From Vicingaceae bacterium (GTDB lineage: Bacteria; Bacteroidota; Bacteroidia; Flavobacteriales_E; Vicingaceae): DNA of 64,000 bases. The position numbers were made by a program, and so were the translations under genes. Every line of letters starts with the position of its first letter. The first letter of the stretch is position 1. Below, piece after piece: positions 54,417-63,597 of this stretch. Where the stretch lies: contig JBBKXK010000014.1 in the NCBI GenBank assembly GCA_037969435.1, forward strand, positions 3,526 to 67,525, given 5' to 3'. A model generated the notes under the pieces. It was not told where the DNA came from, did no database searches, and was given only the letters and a program-made list of their open reading frames with translations.

Positions 54417-54716
54417 ATGAGTTTTTTAAGAAAAATATTTGGTTTAGGAGAAAAAGTAAACCATCACGAATTGCTAGAAAATGGAGCTATCCTTATTGAT
54501 GTTAGAACACCAGCAGAATTTAAGCAAGGACACAGCAAAGGCGCTAAGAATGTGCCTCTAGATACTATTAGCAACAAGATTCAAAAAATAGAACAGCTAA
54601 AAAAGCCTATCGTTTTATGTTGCAGGTCTGGTATGAGAAGCGGGCAAGCAACAGCTATTCTAAAAAGAAATGGAATTGATGCTTACAACGGAGGTCCGTG
54701 GAATAAATTTGCTTAA
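54417..54716 (+). CDS. Single-domain rhodanese sulfurtransferase
   Basis: Active-site loop 'CCRSGMRS'. Start moved to the ATG at 54417 (MSFLRKIF), 2 nt after the upstream stop. Confidence 0.85.
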   Translation: MSFLRKIFGLGEKVNHHELLENGAILIDVRTPAEFKQGHSKGAKNVPLDTISNKIQKIEQLKKPIVLCCRSGMRSGQATAILKRNGIDAYNGGPWNKFA

Positions 54717-54931
54717 TGAAGAATTGGTTAATAAATAAGAAAGTATCCATACTAATCGCCCTATTAGGCTCTATAAGTGGTTACTTGTATTGGTATTTTG
54801 TAGGCTGCGAAAGCGGCAATTGTGCTATTACTTCAGTATGGTACAGAACTACAATTTACGGAGCAATAATGGGGTGGCTTGTTGGCGAAATGATTAATGA
54901 TAAACTTAAAAATAAACCCAATGAAAACTAA
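54716..54931 (+). CDS. Small two-TM protein with 'CESGNCAI' motif (DUF6132-like by recollection)
   Basis: 71 aa. Its ATG overlaps the upstream TAA. Conserved position within the sulfur cluster. Confidence 0.5.
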   Translation: MKNWLINKKVSILIALLGSISGYLYWYFVGCESGNCAITSVWYRTTIYGAIMGWLVGEMINDKLKNKPNEN

Positions 54932-55514
54932 ATTAATTTACTTATTCCCTCTTTTAGCTTTATGCCTATTTGCATGTAATAATTCTGAACAACAAGTTTC
55001 TGATACAACACAAGAAGTTGTAGAAAAAATAGATACTGATTATATAAGAGAAGGAAAAATGATTGCAGAAACTACATTTAAGGTGTTGAGTTCAAATTTA
55101 CAACAAGCCATGGCTGATGGAGGAATAGAAAATGCCCTAAATTACTGTAATGTTAAAGCAATGCCATTAACAGATTCTTTATCGGAGCATTATAATGTAT
55201 CCATAAAAAGAGTTTCAAACAAAACAAGAAACCTTTTAAACCAAGCTACAGAAAGCGAGAAGATTATTTTAAATGATTATTTAGCAAGTAATGAAAATAG
55301 AAACCCTGTTATAAAAATAAACAAAAATGGCAATTCTACTTTTTATGCACCAATAACTACCAAAGGCTTGTGCTTAAGCTGTCATGGTATAGTTGGCGAA
55401 TCGTTACTCTTAGAAAATTATGAAAAAATTAAAACTTTGTACCCTCAAGATCAAGCAACAGGGTATAACCTTGATGAATTAAGGGGTATGTGGAGTATAG
55501 AATTTAAAAAATAA
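54921..55514 (+). CDS. DUF3365-like periplasmic protein with a c-type haem motif
   Basis: Lipoprotein-like signal 'LALCLFAC'. Single 'CLSCH' (CxxCH) near the C-terminus. Start taken at MKTKLIY. Confidence 0.6.
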   Translation: MKTKLIYLFPLLALCLFACNNSEQQVSDTTQEVVEKIDTDYIREGKMIAETTFKVLSSNLQQAMADGGIENALNYCNVKAMPLTDSLSEHYNVSIKRVSNKTRNLLNQATESEKIILNDYLASNENRNPVIKINKNGNSTFYAPITTKGLCLSCHGIVGESLLLENYEKIKTLYPQDQATGYNLDELRGMWSIEFKK

Positions 55515-55518
55515 AATT

Positions 55519-55815
55519 ATGTCAAAATTTAATGAATTAATCAATTCAGATGTGCCAGTATTGGTAGATTTCTATGCAACTTGGTGTGGACCATGTAAAA
55601 CAATGTCGCCTATTTTAGATGATGTTGCTAAACAAGTACAAGGCAAAGCCAAAGTAATAAAAATTGATGTAGATAAAAATCAAGCAGCAGCAGCAACTTA
55701 TCAAGTAAGAGGAGTTCCTACCTTAATTTTATTTAAAAATGGGAAACAAATTTGGAAACAATCAGGTGTTGTACCTGCAAATGATTTAGTAACATTGATT
55801 AATCAAAATATATAA
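55519..55815 (+). CDS. trxA: Thioredoxin
   Basis: 'VLVDFYATWCGPCKTMSP', 98 aa. Confidence 0.9.
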   Translation: MSKFNELINSDVPVLVDFYATWCGPCKTMSPILDDVAKQVQGKAKVIKIDVDKNQAAAATYQVRGVPTLILFKNGKQIWKQSGVVPANDLVTLINQNI

Positions 55816-55816
55816 T

Positions 55817-56257
55817 ATGAAAAATATAATTTTAGTTTTAGCAAGTATATTAACCCTTGTAATTTATTCTTGTTCAAACAATACAAATGCAGAAATTGCA
55901 CCTTTAGATGAAATTGCTGCCTTAATGCAGCAGCAAAAAGTAATTATTAATGTAAATGTTGAGCAATTTAAAAAGTTAGTTACTTCAGAGAAAGGAACTG
56001 TGTTAGATGTTAGAACCCCTGGAGAATGGGCTGAAGGAACAATCGCTAACGCAGAAAAAATTGATTATTATAATGATAATTTTGCCACAGAAATTGAAAA
56101 ACTAGATAAAACAAAACCTGTTTTTGTTTATTGCAAAAAAGGTGGAAGAAGCTCAAGTGCAGCTGAAATTTTAAAAGAAAAAGGGTTTACTAAGGTTTTT
56201 AATTTGGATGGTGGTATTTCTGCTTGGTTAGATGCAGGACAAGAAATTGTAAAATAA
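55817..56257 (+). CDS. Rhodanese-domain lipoprotein
   Basis: Lipobox 'VIYSCS'. Active-site loop 'CKKGGRS'. Confidence 0.85.
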   Translation: MKNIILVLASILTLVIYSCSNNTNAEIAPLDEIAALMQQQKVIINVNVEQFKKLVTSEKGTVLDVRTPGEWAEGTIANAEKIDYYNDNFATEIEKLDKTKPVFVYCKKGGRSSSAAEILKEKGFTKVFNLDGGISAWLDAGQEIVK

Positions 56258-56262
56258 AAACT

Positions 56263-56307
56263 GTTCATGAGTTGTGGAAAATTACTTCTCATGAACTCAT
56301 TTTTTTG
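56263..56307 (+). terminator. Terminator of the sulfur cluster
   Basis: gttcatgag (56263-56271) / ctcatgaac (56288-56296), then tcattttttt. Confidence 0.6.
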
Positions 56308-56329
56308 ATGCCTACTCTATAAAAATGAC

Positions 56330-56337
56330 TACTTTTG
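56330..56337 (+). promoter_or_regulatory. -7 box TActTTTG upstream of purF
   Basis: Matches TAnnTTTG, 29 nt upstream of the ATG at 56367. Confidence 0.35.
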
Positions 56338-56366
56338 TACCTTCATTTCACGGCTAAAATTATAAA

Positions 56367-58265
56367 ATGAGTGACGCTATCAAACACGAATGTGGTATTG
56401 CATTAGTAAGACTTTTAAAACCTTTAGATTATTACATTGAAAAGTACGGAACGGCTACTTATGCCCTAGACAAAATGTACTTGTTAATGGAAAAGCAACA
56501 CAATCGTGGACAAGATGGAGCTGGTATTGCCAATATTAAATTTGATGTAGAACCAGGTGAACGATATATTAGCCGTTACCGATCAAACGATGCCAACCCA
56601 ATTAAAGACATTTTTGGCAAAATCAATCAAAAATTTCAACAAGTACATGATTACAACCCTGAGTTATTAAAAGACACAAAATGGCTAAAGAAAAACGTAG
56701 CCTTTACTGGCGAGTTATTTTTAGGTCATTTACGTTACGGAACTTATGGTGGCAATAGTATTGAACAGTGTCATCCTTTTTTGCGTCAAAACAACTGGAT
56801 GACTAAAAACTTGGTAGTTGCTGGTAACTTTAACTTAACCAATGTTGATGAGCTATTTGATATTCTAGTAGAAATTGGTCAACACCCAAAACAAAAATCA
56901 GATACCGTTACGGTAATGGAAAAAATTGGACATTACTTAGATGAAGGCAACCAAGCTTTGTACGATAAATATAAAGCTGAAGGACATACCCGTCAAGAAA
57001 TATCAAAATTAATAGCCGACAATTTAGACTTACAAATAATATTACAAAATTCAGCAGCAGATTGGGATGGTGGTTACGCAATGGCAGGCTTGTTAGGTCA
57101 TGGAGATGCCTTTGTATTGAGAGATCCTTCTGGAATTAGACCCGCTTTTTGGTACCAAGATGATGAAGTGGTAGTAGTAACCTCAGAGCGACCAGTTATC
57201 CAAACTGCTTTTAATGTGCCTATCGACACCATTAAAGAAATTACACCAGGACACGCCTTAATTATTCGTAAAAATGGTGAAGTTGCTGAAAAAATGGTTA
57301 GAGAACCTTTGCCAAAAACAGCTTGTTCTTTCGAGCGAATTTATTTTTCGAGAGGTAGTGATAAGGATATTTATGTAGAGAGAAAACAATTGGGAAGAAA
57401 TGTTGTTCCTCAAGTTTTGGAATCGATAAATATGGATTTAAAAAATTCTGTTTTTTCTTTTATTCCGAACACTGCCGAAATTTCTTTTTACGGTTTAATG
57501 AAAGGAATGCAAGATACCCTGAACGAAATAAAACTTAAAAAAATAAAAGCTTTAGGTGATAATCCTTCAGATGAAGCCTTGCAAGAAGTTTTAGCATTAA
57601 GAAACCGTATCGAAAAAATTGCCATTAAAGATGCCAAGCTAAGAACCTTTATTACCCAAGATAAAAGCAGAAACGATTTAGTAACACACGTTTACGACAT
57701 AACTTATGGCAGTGTTTATCCAACTGATAATTTAGTAATTATTGATGATTCGATAGTTAGAGGAACTACACTAAAACAAAGTATTTTAAGAATTTTAGAC
57801 CGTCTAAACCCTAAAAAAATAGTAGTAGTTTCTTCTGCCCCTCAAATTAGGTATTTAGATTGTTACGGAATTGACATGGCAAAATTGGGCGATTTTATTG
57901 CATTTCAAGCAGCAATTGCATTACTAAAAGAGCAAGGTAAACAAAGCATTATTGATGACGTTTACCAAAAATGTAAAGTACAAGAAAACCTTCCATCTAC
58001 AAAAATGGTTAACAATGTAAAAGACATTTACGCACCTTATACAGCAGAAGAAATTTCTAAAAAAATATCACAATTATTAACTCCTGAAAATATGAATGCA
58101 GAGGTTGATATTGTTTACCAAAGCATTGAAGGCTTGCACCATGCTTGCCCTAACCATACAGGCGATTGGTATTTTACAGGCAATTACCCAACCCCAGGCG
58201 GCAACAAAGTAATTAACCGAGCATTTATTTATTACTACGAAGGCATTAATAAACGAGCTTACTAG
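56367..58265 (+). CDS. purF: Amidophosphoribosyltransferase (long, Bacteroidota-type class II GATase form)
   Basis: N-terminal 'KHECGIALV' (Ntn Cys after a short propeptide), 'HLRYGTYG', PRPP loop 'LVIIDDSIVRGTT'. Confidence 0.9.
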   Translation: MSDAIKHECGIALVRLLKPLDYYIEKYGTATYALDKMYLLMEKQHNRGQDGAGIANIKFDVEPGERYISRYRSNDANPIKDIFGKINQKFQQVHDYNPELLKDTKWLKKNVAFTGELFLGHLRYGTYGGNSIEQCHPFLRQNNWMTKNLVVAGNFNLTNVDELFDILVEIGQHPKQKSDTVTVMEKIGHYLDEGNQALYDKYKAEGHTRQEISKLIADNLDLQIILQNSAADWDGGYAMAGLLGHGDAFVLRDPSGIRPAFWYQDDEVVVVTSERPVIQTAFNVPIDTIKEITPGHALIIRKNGEVAEKMVREPLPKTACSFERIYFSRGSDKDIYVERKQLGRNVVPQVLESINMDLKNSVFSFIPNTAEISFYGLMKGMQDTLNEIKLKKIKALGDNPSDEALQEVLALRNRIEKIAIKDAKLRTFITQDKSRNDLVTHVYDITYGSVYPTDNLVIIDDSIVRGTTLKQSILRILDRLNPKKIVVVSSAPQIRYLDCYGIDMAKLGDFIAFQAAIALLKEQGKQSIIDDVYQKCKVQENLPSTKMVNNVKDIYAPYTAEEISKKISQLLTPENMNAEVDIVYQSIEGLHHACPNHTGDWYFTGNYPTPGGNKVINRAFIYYYEGINKRAY

Positions 58266-58332
58266 TTTTTATTATATTTAGTAAACGCATAATATGCTTC
58301 ATTAAAAAATCAGATTGCATTAAGAAATCAAG

Positions 58333-58779
58333 ATGACAAAAGAATCTATTAATAAACTCGATAGAATAATTAATGTAGCAGCTGATCTTCTTTTGGAAAT
58401 AAGTGACGAAGAATTTTCAGGAAAAGCTTCTCCAGATAAATGGAGTAAAAAAGAAATCCTTGGTCATTTAATAGACAGTGCCACAAATAATCATCAAAGA
58501 TTCATCCGAGTTCAGTTTGAATCAAACCCAGAGATTGTCTATGACCAGAACAAATGGAATAAATTCAATTTTTATCAAGAAATGGAGAGTGTTCAAATAA
58601 TAAATTTCTGGACAATTTATAATAGACAGCTAATTGAAATCATTAAACGAATACCCAAAGAGAGTATGATGAAACAGGTTAGAGTTGGTGAAAGCCTATT
58701 GAGTTTGGAATTTATTATAGGTGATTATGTTGAACATTTAGAACACCATTTAAAACAAATCATAGATTATAAACAATGA
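58333..58779 (+). CDS. DinB-family protein
   Basis: His triad pattern 'ILGHLIDSATNNHQRF ... EHLEHHLKQI'. Confidence 0.75.
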   Translation: MTKESINKLDRIINVAADLLLEISDEEFSGKASPDKWSKKEILGHLIDSATNNHQRFIRVQFESNPEIVYDQNKWNKFNFYQEMESVQIINFWTIYNRQLIEIIKRIPKESMMKQVRVGESLLSLEFIIGDYVEHLEHHLKQIIDYKQ

Positions 58780-59096
58780 TAGCAAATACACCTAAACCGC
58801 CTTATTATGCGGTTATTTTTTCTTCAATGAGAACCGAGATAGACGATAACTATTATGAAGTAGCCGATAAGATGGTTGAGTTAGCAAAAGTTCAAGATGG
58901 TTTTTTAGGTATTGAATTCGCAAGAATTGAACTTGGTATTACAGTTTCATATTGGAGAGATTTGGAGTCAATAAAAAAGTGGAAGGAAAATGCTGACCAT
59001 TCGATTGCAAGAGAAAAAGGTCGAAAAGAATGGTATAGTGCATTCAAAACAAGGATAGCAAAAGTGGAAAGAGACTATGGATTTGAAAAAGAATAA
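58776..59096 (+). CDS. Antibiotic-biosynthesis-monooxygenase (ABM) family protein
   Basis: About 105 aa, ferredoxin-like pattern 'YYAVIFSS...GFLGIE...SYWRDLESIKKWKENADH'. ATGA overlap with the DinB gene. Confidence 0.7.
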   Translation: MIANTPKPPYYAVIFSSMRTEIDDNYYEVADKMVELAKVQDGFLGIEFARIELGITVSYWRDLESIKKWKENADHSIAREKGRKEWYSAFKTRIAKVERDYGFEKE

Positions 59097-59111
59097 CGAA
59101 AGTACAACAAC

Positions 59112-59156
59112 GTATATGAAATCATAGCACCCTGCGGGATGCTACGCTTCATATAC
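59112..59156. other. 45-nt extended imperfect hairpin (locally GC-richer) in an intergenic region
   Basis: Nested stems gtatatgaa/ttcatatac (9 bp), tagca/tgcta (5 bp) and ccc/ggg (3 bp) around a tgc loop. Confidence 0.5.
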
Positions 59157-59267
59157 TAACCGTTAGGTGCAATCAGAACAAACAATACACAATTGAAGAA
59201 ATAACAGTAAATCGAACCGAGAATAGAAATATTAGAAGACAAAAAACTGATTGGTTATAGACTGAAA

Positions 59268-59687
59268 ATGAGTTTGACCGACAATAAAACTGATCAACTT
59301 TGGGGCAGCTTTTTACCTAAAATCAAAGACATTAAAAATAGACTTACCACTGATAAAATTTCAATGCAAGTTTATGATACTTCATATCATAGCGATTTTA
59401 ACCCCAATAACGAATTCGAAAAATGGGCAACGGTTGAAGTAGCAAACTTCAATGATACTCCAAAAGAAATGGGAACCTTTACCTTGACTGGTGGTGAATA
59501 TGCCGTTTTCGATTATATCGGTTCAAGTAATGACAGCAGTATTTTTCAGTACATTTTTATGACTTGGCTCCCTAACTCAGACTATCAATTGGATAACAGA
59601 CCCCATTTTGAAGTTTTAGGAGAAAAGTACAAGAATAATGACTCAGCTTCTGAAGAAGAAATATGGATTCCAATAAAAAAGAAATAA
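59268..59687 (+). CDS. GyrI-like small-molecule-binding domain protein (N-terminus probably extends to 59211)
   Basis: 'NEFEKWATVEV...GGEYAVFDY.GS......F...W...SDYQLDNRPHFEVLGEKY' fits the GyrI-like/AraC effector-binding fold. See the finding on the missing start codon. Confidence 0.7.
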   Translation: MSLTDNKTDQLWGSFLPKIKDIKNRLTTDKISMQVYDTSYHSDFNPNNEFEKWATVEVANFNDTPKEMGTFTLTGGEYAVFDYIGSSNDSSIFQYIFMTWLPNSDYQLDNRPHFEVLGEKYKNNDSASEEEIWIPIKKK

Positions 59688-59764
59688 AGCTATCACCTAA
59701 GAGAAACTAAGCTTCATAAACTAAACATTAACAACCTAGGCACTTTTATTGTAACTTTAACTTC

Positions 59765-61405
59765 ATGAAAAAATTATTGTTACTTTTTACTTTCAGCTTT
59801 TTACTTTTAACGCTCAACTGTGCTTTAGCCCAAAAGTTTACCCATCAAGATACTTTGCGAGGAACTATTACTACTGAACGTAGTTGGTGGGATTTAACTT
59901 ATTATCATTTAAGTGTAAAAGTTGATATCGCAACCAAAAGTATTTCGGGCAGCAATGTCATTCAGTACAAAGTATTAAAACCTCACCAGCTTTTACAAAT
60001 TGAATTGCAAGCGCCTTTAAAAATTTCAAAAATAGAAGAAGAAGGAAAGCCAATAACTTTTAAAAAAGATGGTTATACCTACTTTATCGAACTTCAAAAA
60101 AAACAAGAAATTGGAGCCATTAACGAGCTAACTGTTTTTTATGAGGGCAAACCTCAAGAAAGTAAAAATCCGCCTTGGAGTGGTGGTTTAACTTGGAAAA
60201 AAGACAGTAATGGAAATGATTGGGTAGTAACTACTTGCCAAGGAGATGGTGCAAGTTTGTGGTGGCCAAATAAAGATCATGCTTACGATGAACCTGATAG
60301 TATGCACATTAGTATTACAATTCCTAAACATTTAACCGATGTAAGCAATGGTAGATTAAAAAGTGTTATAGAAAATAATGATGCTAATAAAACTTTTAAC
60401 TGGTTTGTCTCCAACCCCATCAACAACTATGGGGTTAATATAAACATTGGGGATTATGTGCATTTTAATGAAGTTTATAAAGGCTTAAAAGGCAATTTAG
60501 ATTGCGATTATTATGTCTTAAGAGACAACCTCAACAAAGCAAAAAAACAATTTAAAGAAGTCCCAAGAATGTTAGAAGCTTTTGAGCATTGGTTTGGTCC
60601 TTACCCATTTTATGAGGATGGTTACAAATTAGTAGAAGTGCCTTATGCAGGCATGGAACATCAAAGTTCTGTTACTTATGGCAATGGTTTTAAAAATGGC
60701 TATTTAGGCAGAGATGTTAGTGGTACTGGCTGGGGCAATAAATTTGATTTTATTATAGTGCATGAATCTGGTCATGAATGGTTTGCCAACAACATTACTC
60801 ACCAAGATGTTGCAGATATGTGGATACATGAAAGTTTTACTGCTTATGCTGAAAATTTATTTTTAAATTACCATTATGGAACTGCTGCAAGTAGTGAATA
60901 TGTAATTGGTACTCGCAAAAACATTATGAACGACAAACCTATTATTGGGACTTACAATGTTCATCAAGAAGGATCAGGAGATATGTATTACAAAGGATCT
61001 AACATACTACATACTTTACGCCAACTAATAGCTGACGATAGTTTATGGAAAGAAATTTTAACGGGATTAAACAAGGAATTTTACCACCAAACTGTTACTA
61101 GTAAACAAATAGAAAACTATATTATTGAAGCAACAAAAAAAGATTTGTCTGCTTTTTTCAATCAATATTTAAGAACTAAAGAAGTACCTAATTTAGAATA
61201 TTTTTTAACCAAAAATTCTCTAAAATTTAGGTACATTAATATTGTTCCTGATTTTGAAATGCCCCTGAAAGTTTATATCAATAATAAAGCAGAATGGCTT
61301 TTTCCTTCCAAAAATTGGCAAACAAAAATGTTATCCGACAAATTAACCTCCTTTGAACTAGATTCAAACTTTTATATTAACCATTCTGTAGTAAAAGCAC
61401 CATAA
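59765..61405 (+). CDS. M1-family zinc metallopeptidase (aminopeptidase N-like)
   Basis: Signal peptide. 'GMEHQS' (GxMEN-like), 'HESGHEWF' and the downstream 'WIHESFTAY' glutamate. Confidence 0.85.
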   Translation: MKKLLLLFTFSFLLLTLNCALAQKFTHQDTLRGTITTERSWWDLTYYHLSVKVDIATKSISGSNVIQYKVLKPHQLLQIELQAPLKISKIEEEGKPITFKKDGYTYFIELQKKQEIGAINELTVFYEGKPQESKNPPWSGGLTWKKDSNGNDWVVTTCQGDGASLWWPNKDHAYDEPDSMHISITIPKHLTDVSNGRLKSVIENNDANKTFNWFVSNPINNYGVNINIGDYVHFNEVYKGLKGNLDCDYYVLRDNLNKAKKQFKEVPRMLEAFEHWFGPYPFYEDGYKLVEVPYAGMEHQSSVTYGNGFKNGYLGRDVSGTGWGNKFDFIIVHESGHEWFANNITHQDVADMWIHESFTAYAENLFLNYHYGTAASSEYVIGTRKNIMNDKPIIGTYNVHQEGSGDMYYKGSNILHTLRQLIADDSLWKEILTGLNKEFYHQTVTSKQIENYIIEATKKDLSAFFNQYLRTKEVPNLEYFLTKNSLKFRYINIVPDFEMPLKVYINNKAEWLFPSKNWQTKMLSDKLTSFELDSNFYINHSVVKAP

Positions 61406-61422
61406 TTTTCTATATTTGGTTA

Positions 61423-63597
61423 GTGAAACTACAAATTAAAATATCCTTCCTTCTTATCTTTTCTTTAATTTTTGTTAATTTAAGTATTGCTCAAAATTTT
61501 GCTGACAAGCAATACTATATAGTAGATAGTTTAGAGATGGACAAAGTATCAGCTGCTGACAAATTAATGTTAGATAGTTGTTTAAGCTTGTTTTATAAAG
61601 CTAAAAACGATACCGATAAAATAAACTTGATAAGTTATATTGTTGAAAAAAGTTGGGATGATAAGGTATGGTCTAAATACAATATTTGGATATATAATTT
61701 CACTCAAGCTCAATTAAAAAAATCCCTAACAACCAAAGAGAAAGAGAAAACTTCTTTTGCGCTAGCAACCTCTATTAATAATAGCGGATATTACTACAGT
61801 ACTAAAGGCAACTTTGCTGAAGCCCTAAAATATTATCACAAGAGTTTAAAGCTTCAAGTAAAACTAAACGACAGCGAAGGTATTGCCACTTCTTACAATA
61901 ACATTGGCGCAATTCATAACAAACAAGGAGACATCCCCAATGCCTTAGAATATTATCATAAAAGTTTAAAACAATATGAAGAAATAAGTAATAAAGAGGG
62001 ATTAGCTCAATGCTTAAATAACATCGGTCATATCTACCAAAGTCAAAATGAAACTAATTTAGCGTTAGAGTATTTCCACAAAAGTTTAAAGTTATTTGAA
62101 GAAAGTAATAATCAAAGAGGCGTTGCCACACTATTAAATAGTATTGGGTTTGCATATTTTAACATCGACAATCATGATAAAGCTTTAAATTACTACAACC
62201 AATCACTTAAAATACGTGAAGAAACTAATGATAAAAAAGGTGTTGCTTCATCTTTAAATAATATAGCCGCTGCATATGAACGGAATAAAGAAAATTCACA
62301 AGCAATTGATTATTATTTAAAAGCTTTAAGCATTTACGAAACAATAGATGATAAAAATGGCCGATCTATAATCCTCAGTAATATTGGTAGAATTTATTTT
62401 GATCAAGGAAAACTAACCCAAGCCAAAGAATATGCAGAAGAAGGATTTCAAATTTCTAAAGAATTAGGCTTACCTGAAAATTTAAAAGGGATAGCTCATA
62501 CTCTCAGTAAAATATATGAAAAAGAAGGCAAAGGCATAGAAGCCTTAAAAATGTATAAACTTCATGTTTTAATGCGCGATAGTGTTAATAATGAACAAAA
62601 TGCGATTGCTGCAGCAAAAGAACAATCAAAATACGAGTATGAAAAAAATAAAGCAATTGATGACGCAGAGTATGATAAAATCATTACCATAAAAAATAAA
62701 GAAAAAGAAAAACAAATTATAATCTCCATAGCAACAGCTTTTGGGTTGCTACTTGTGGTGGTATTTTTAATTTTTGTTTTCAATCGTTTAAAAATTACCA
62801 ACCGTCAAAAACTAGTTATTGAAACACAAAACAGAGAGATTGTTGACTCTATTACCTATGCTAAACGAATTCAAGATGCGATTTTACCAGCAAAAACTTT
62901 TGTAGACGAATGCTTACCCAACAACTTTGTTTTATACAAACCAAAAGACATTGTTGCGGGTGATTTTTATTGGGTACAACAGCAAAACGATTCCATTTTA
63001 TTTGCTGCAGCTGATTGCACTGGACATGGTGTTCCTGGGGCAATGGTAAGTGTGGTTTGCCACAATGCAATGGATAGAGCAATTAGAGAATTTAACCTTA
63101 CCACACCTGGGGAAATCTTAGATAAAACTAGACTTTTTGTAGAAACACAATTAAACAAATCCAACAATAATGATATAAAAAATATGCGTGACGGGATGGA
63201 TATTGCATTTTGCTCTTTAAATAAGCTTACCTATGAGTTGGAATATGCAGGAGCATTCAACCCACTTTGGATAATAAGAAATGGTTCATCAGAAATTGAA
63301 GAAATAAAAGCCACTAGACAATCCATTGGTCGAATAGAAAACCCAAAACATTTTACAAATCATAAAATAAAACTAAACAAAGGTGATAGTTTTTATATTT
63401 TTTCCGATGGCTATGCTGATCAATTTGGAGGGACAGAAGGTAAAAAAATGATGAGTAAACGATTTAGAGAATTATTAATAAGTATCCAACATGAAACCAT
63501 GATTAACCAATTAAGTTTGATTGACAGATACTTTGAAAACTGGAAAGGAAAGATAGAACAAATTGATGATGTATGCGTAATAGGTGTTAGAATATGA
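61423..63597 (+). CDS. TPR-repeat sensor + TM + PP2C/SpoIIE-type serine phosphatase
   Basis: GTG start. About 7 TPR units of the type 'A..YY.KSLK...'. TM 'IISIATAFGLLLVVVFLIFVF'. Phosphatase motifs 'AGDFYW', 'AAADCTGHGVPGAMVS', 'DGMD', 'FSDGYADQFGG', 'DDVCVIGV'. Confidence 0.85.
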   Translation: MKLQIKISFLLIFSLIFVNLSIAQNFADKQYYIVDSLEMDKVSAADKLMLDSCLSLFYKAKNDTDKINLISYIVEKSWDDKVWSKYNIWIYNFTQAQLKKSLTTKEKEKTSFALATSINNSGYYYSTKGNFAEALKYYHKSLKLQVKLNDSEGIATSYNNIGAIHNKQGDIPNALEYYHKSLKQYEEISNKEGLAQCLNNIGHIYQSQNETNLALEYFHKSLKLFEESNNQRGVATLLNSIGFAYFNIDNHDKALNYYNQSLKIREETNDKKGVASSLNNIAAAYERNKENSQAIDYYLKALSIYETIDDKNGRSIILSNIGRIYFDQGKLTQAKEYAEEGFQISKELGLPENLKGIAHTLSKIYEKEGKGIEALKMYKLHVLMRDSVNNEQNAIAAAKEQSKYEYEKNKAIDDAEYDKIITIKNKEKEKQIIISIATAFGLLLVVVFLIFVFNRLKITNRQKLVIETQNREIVDSITYAKRIQDAILPAKTFVDECLPNNFVLYKPKDIVAGDFYWVQQQNDSILFAAADCTGHGVPGAMVSVVCHNAMDRAIREFNLTTPGEILDKTRLFVETQLNKSNNNDIKNMRDGMDIAFCSLNKLTYELEYAGAFNPLWIIRNGSSEIEEIKATRQSIGRIENPKHFTNHKIKLNKGDSFYIFSDGYADQFGGTEGKKMMSKRFRELLISIQHETMINQLSLIDRYFENWKGKIEQIDDVCVIGVRI

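Noticed and set aside
62562-63167. Minus-strand ORFs inside the TPR-PP2C gene (62562-62801, 62861-63082, 62967-63167)
   Set aside because: They are antisense to a gene with unambiguous PP2C motifs and have no features of their own.
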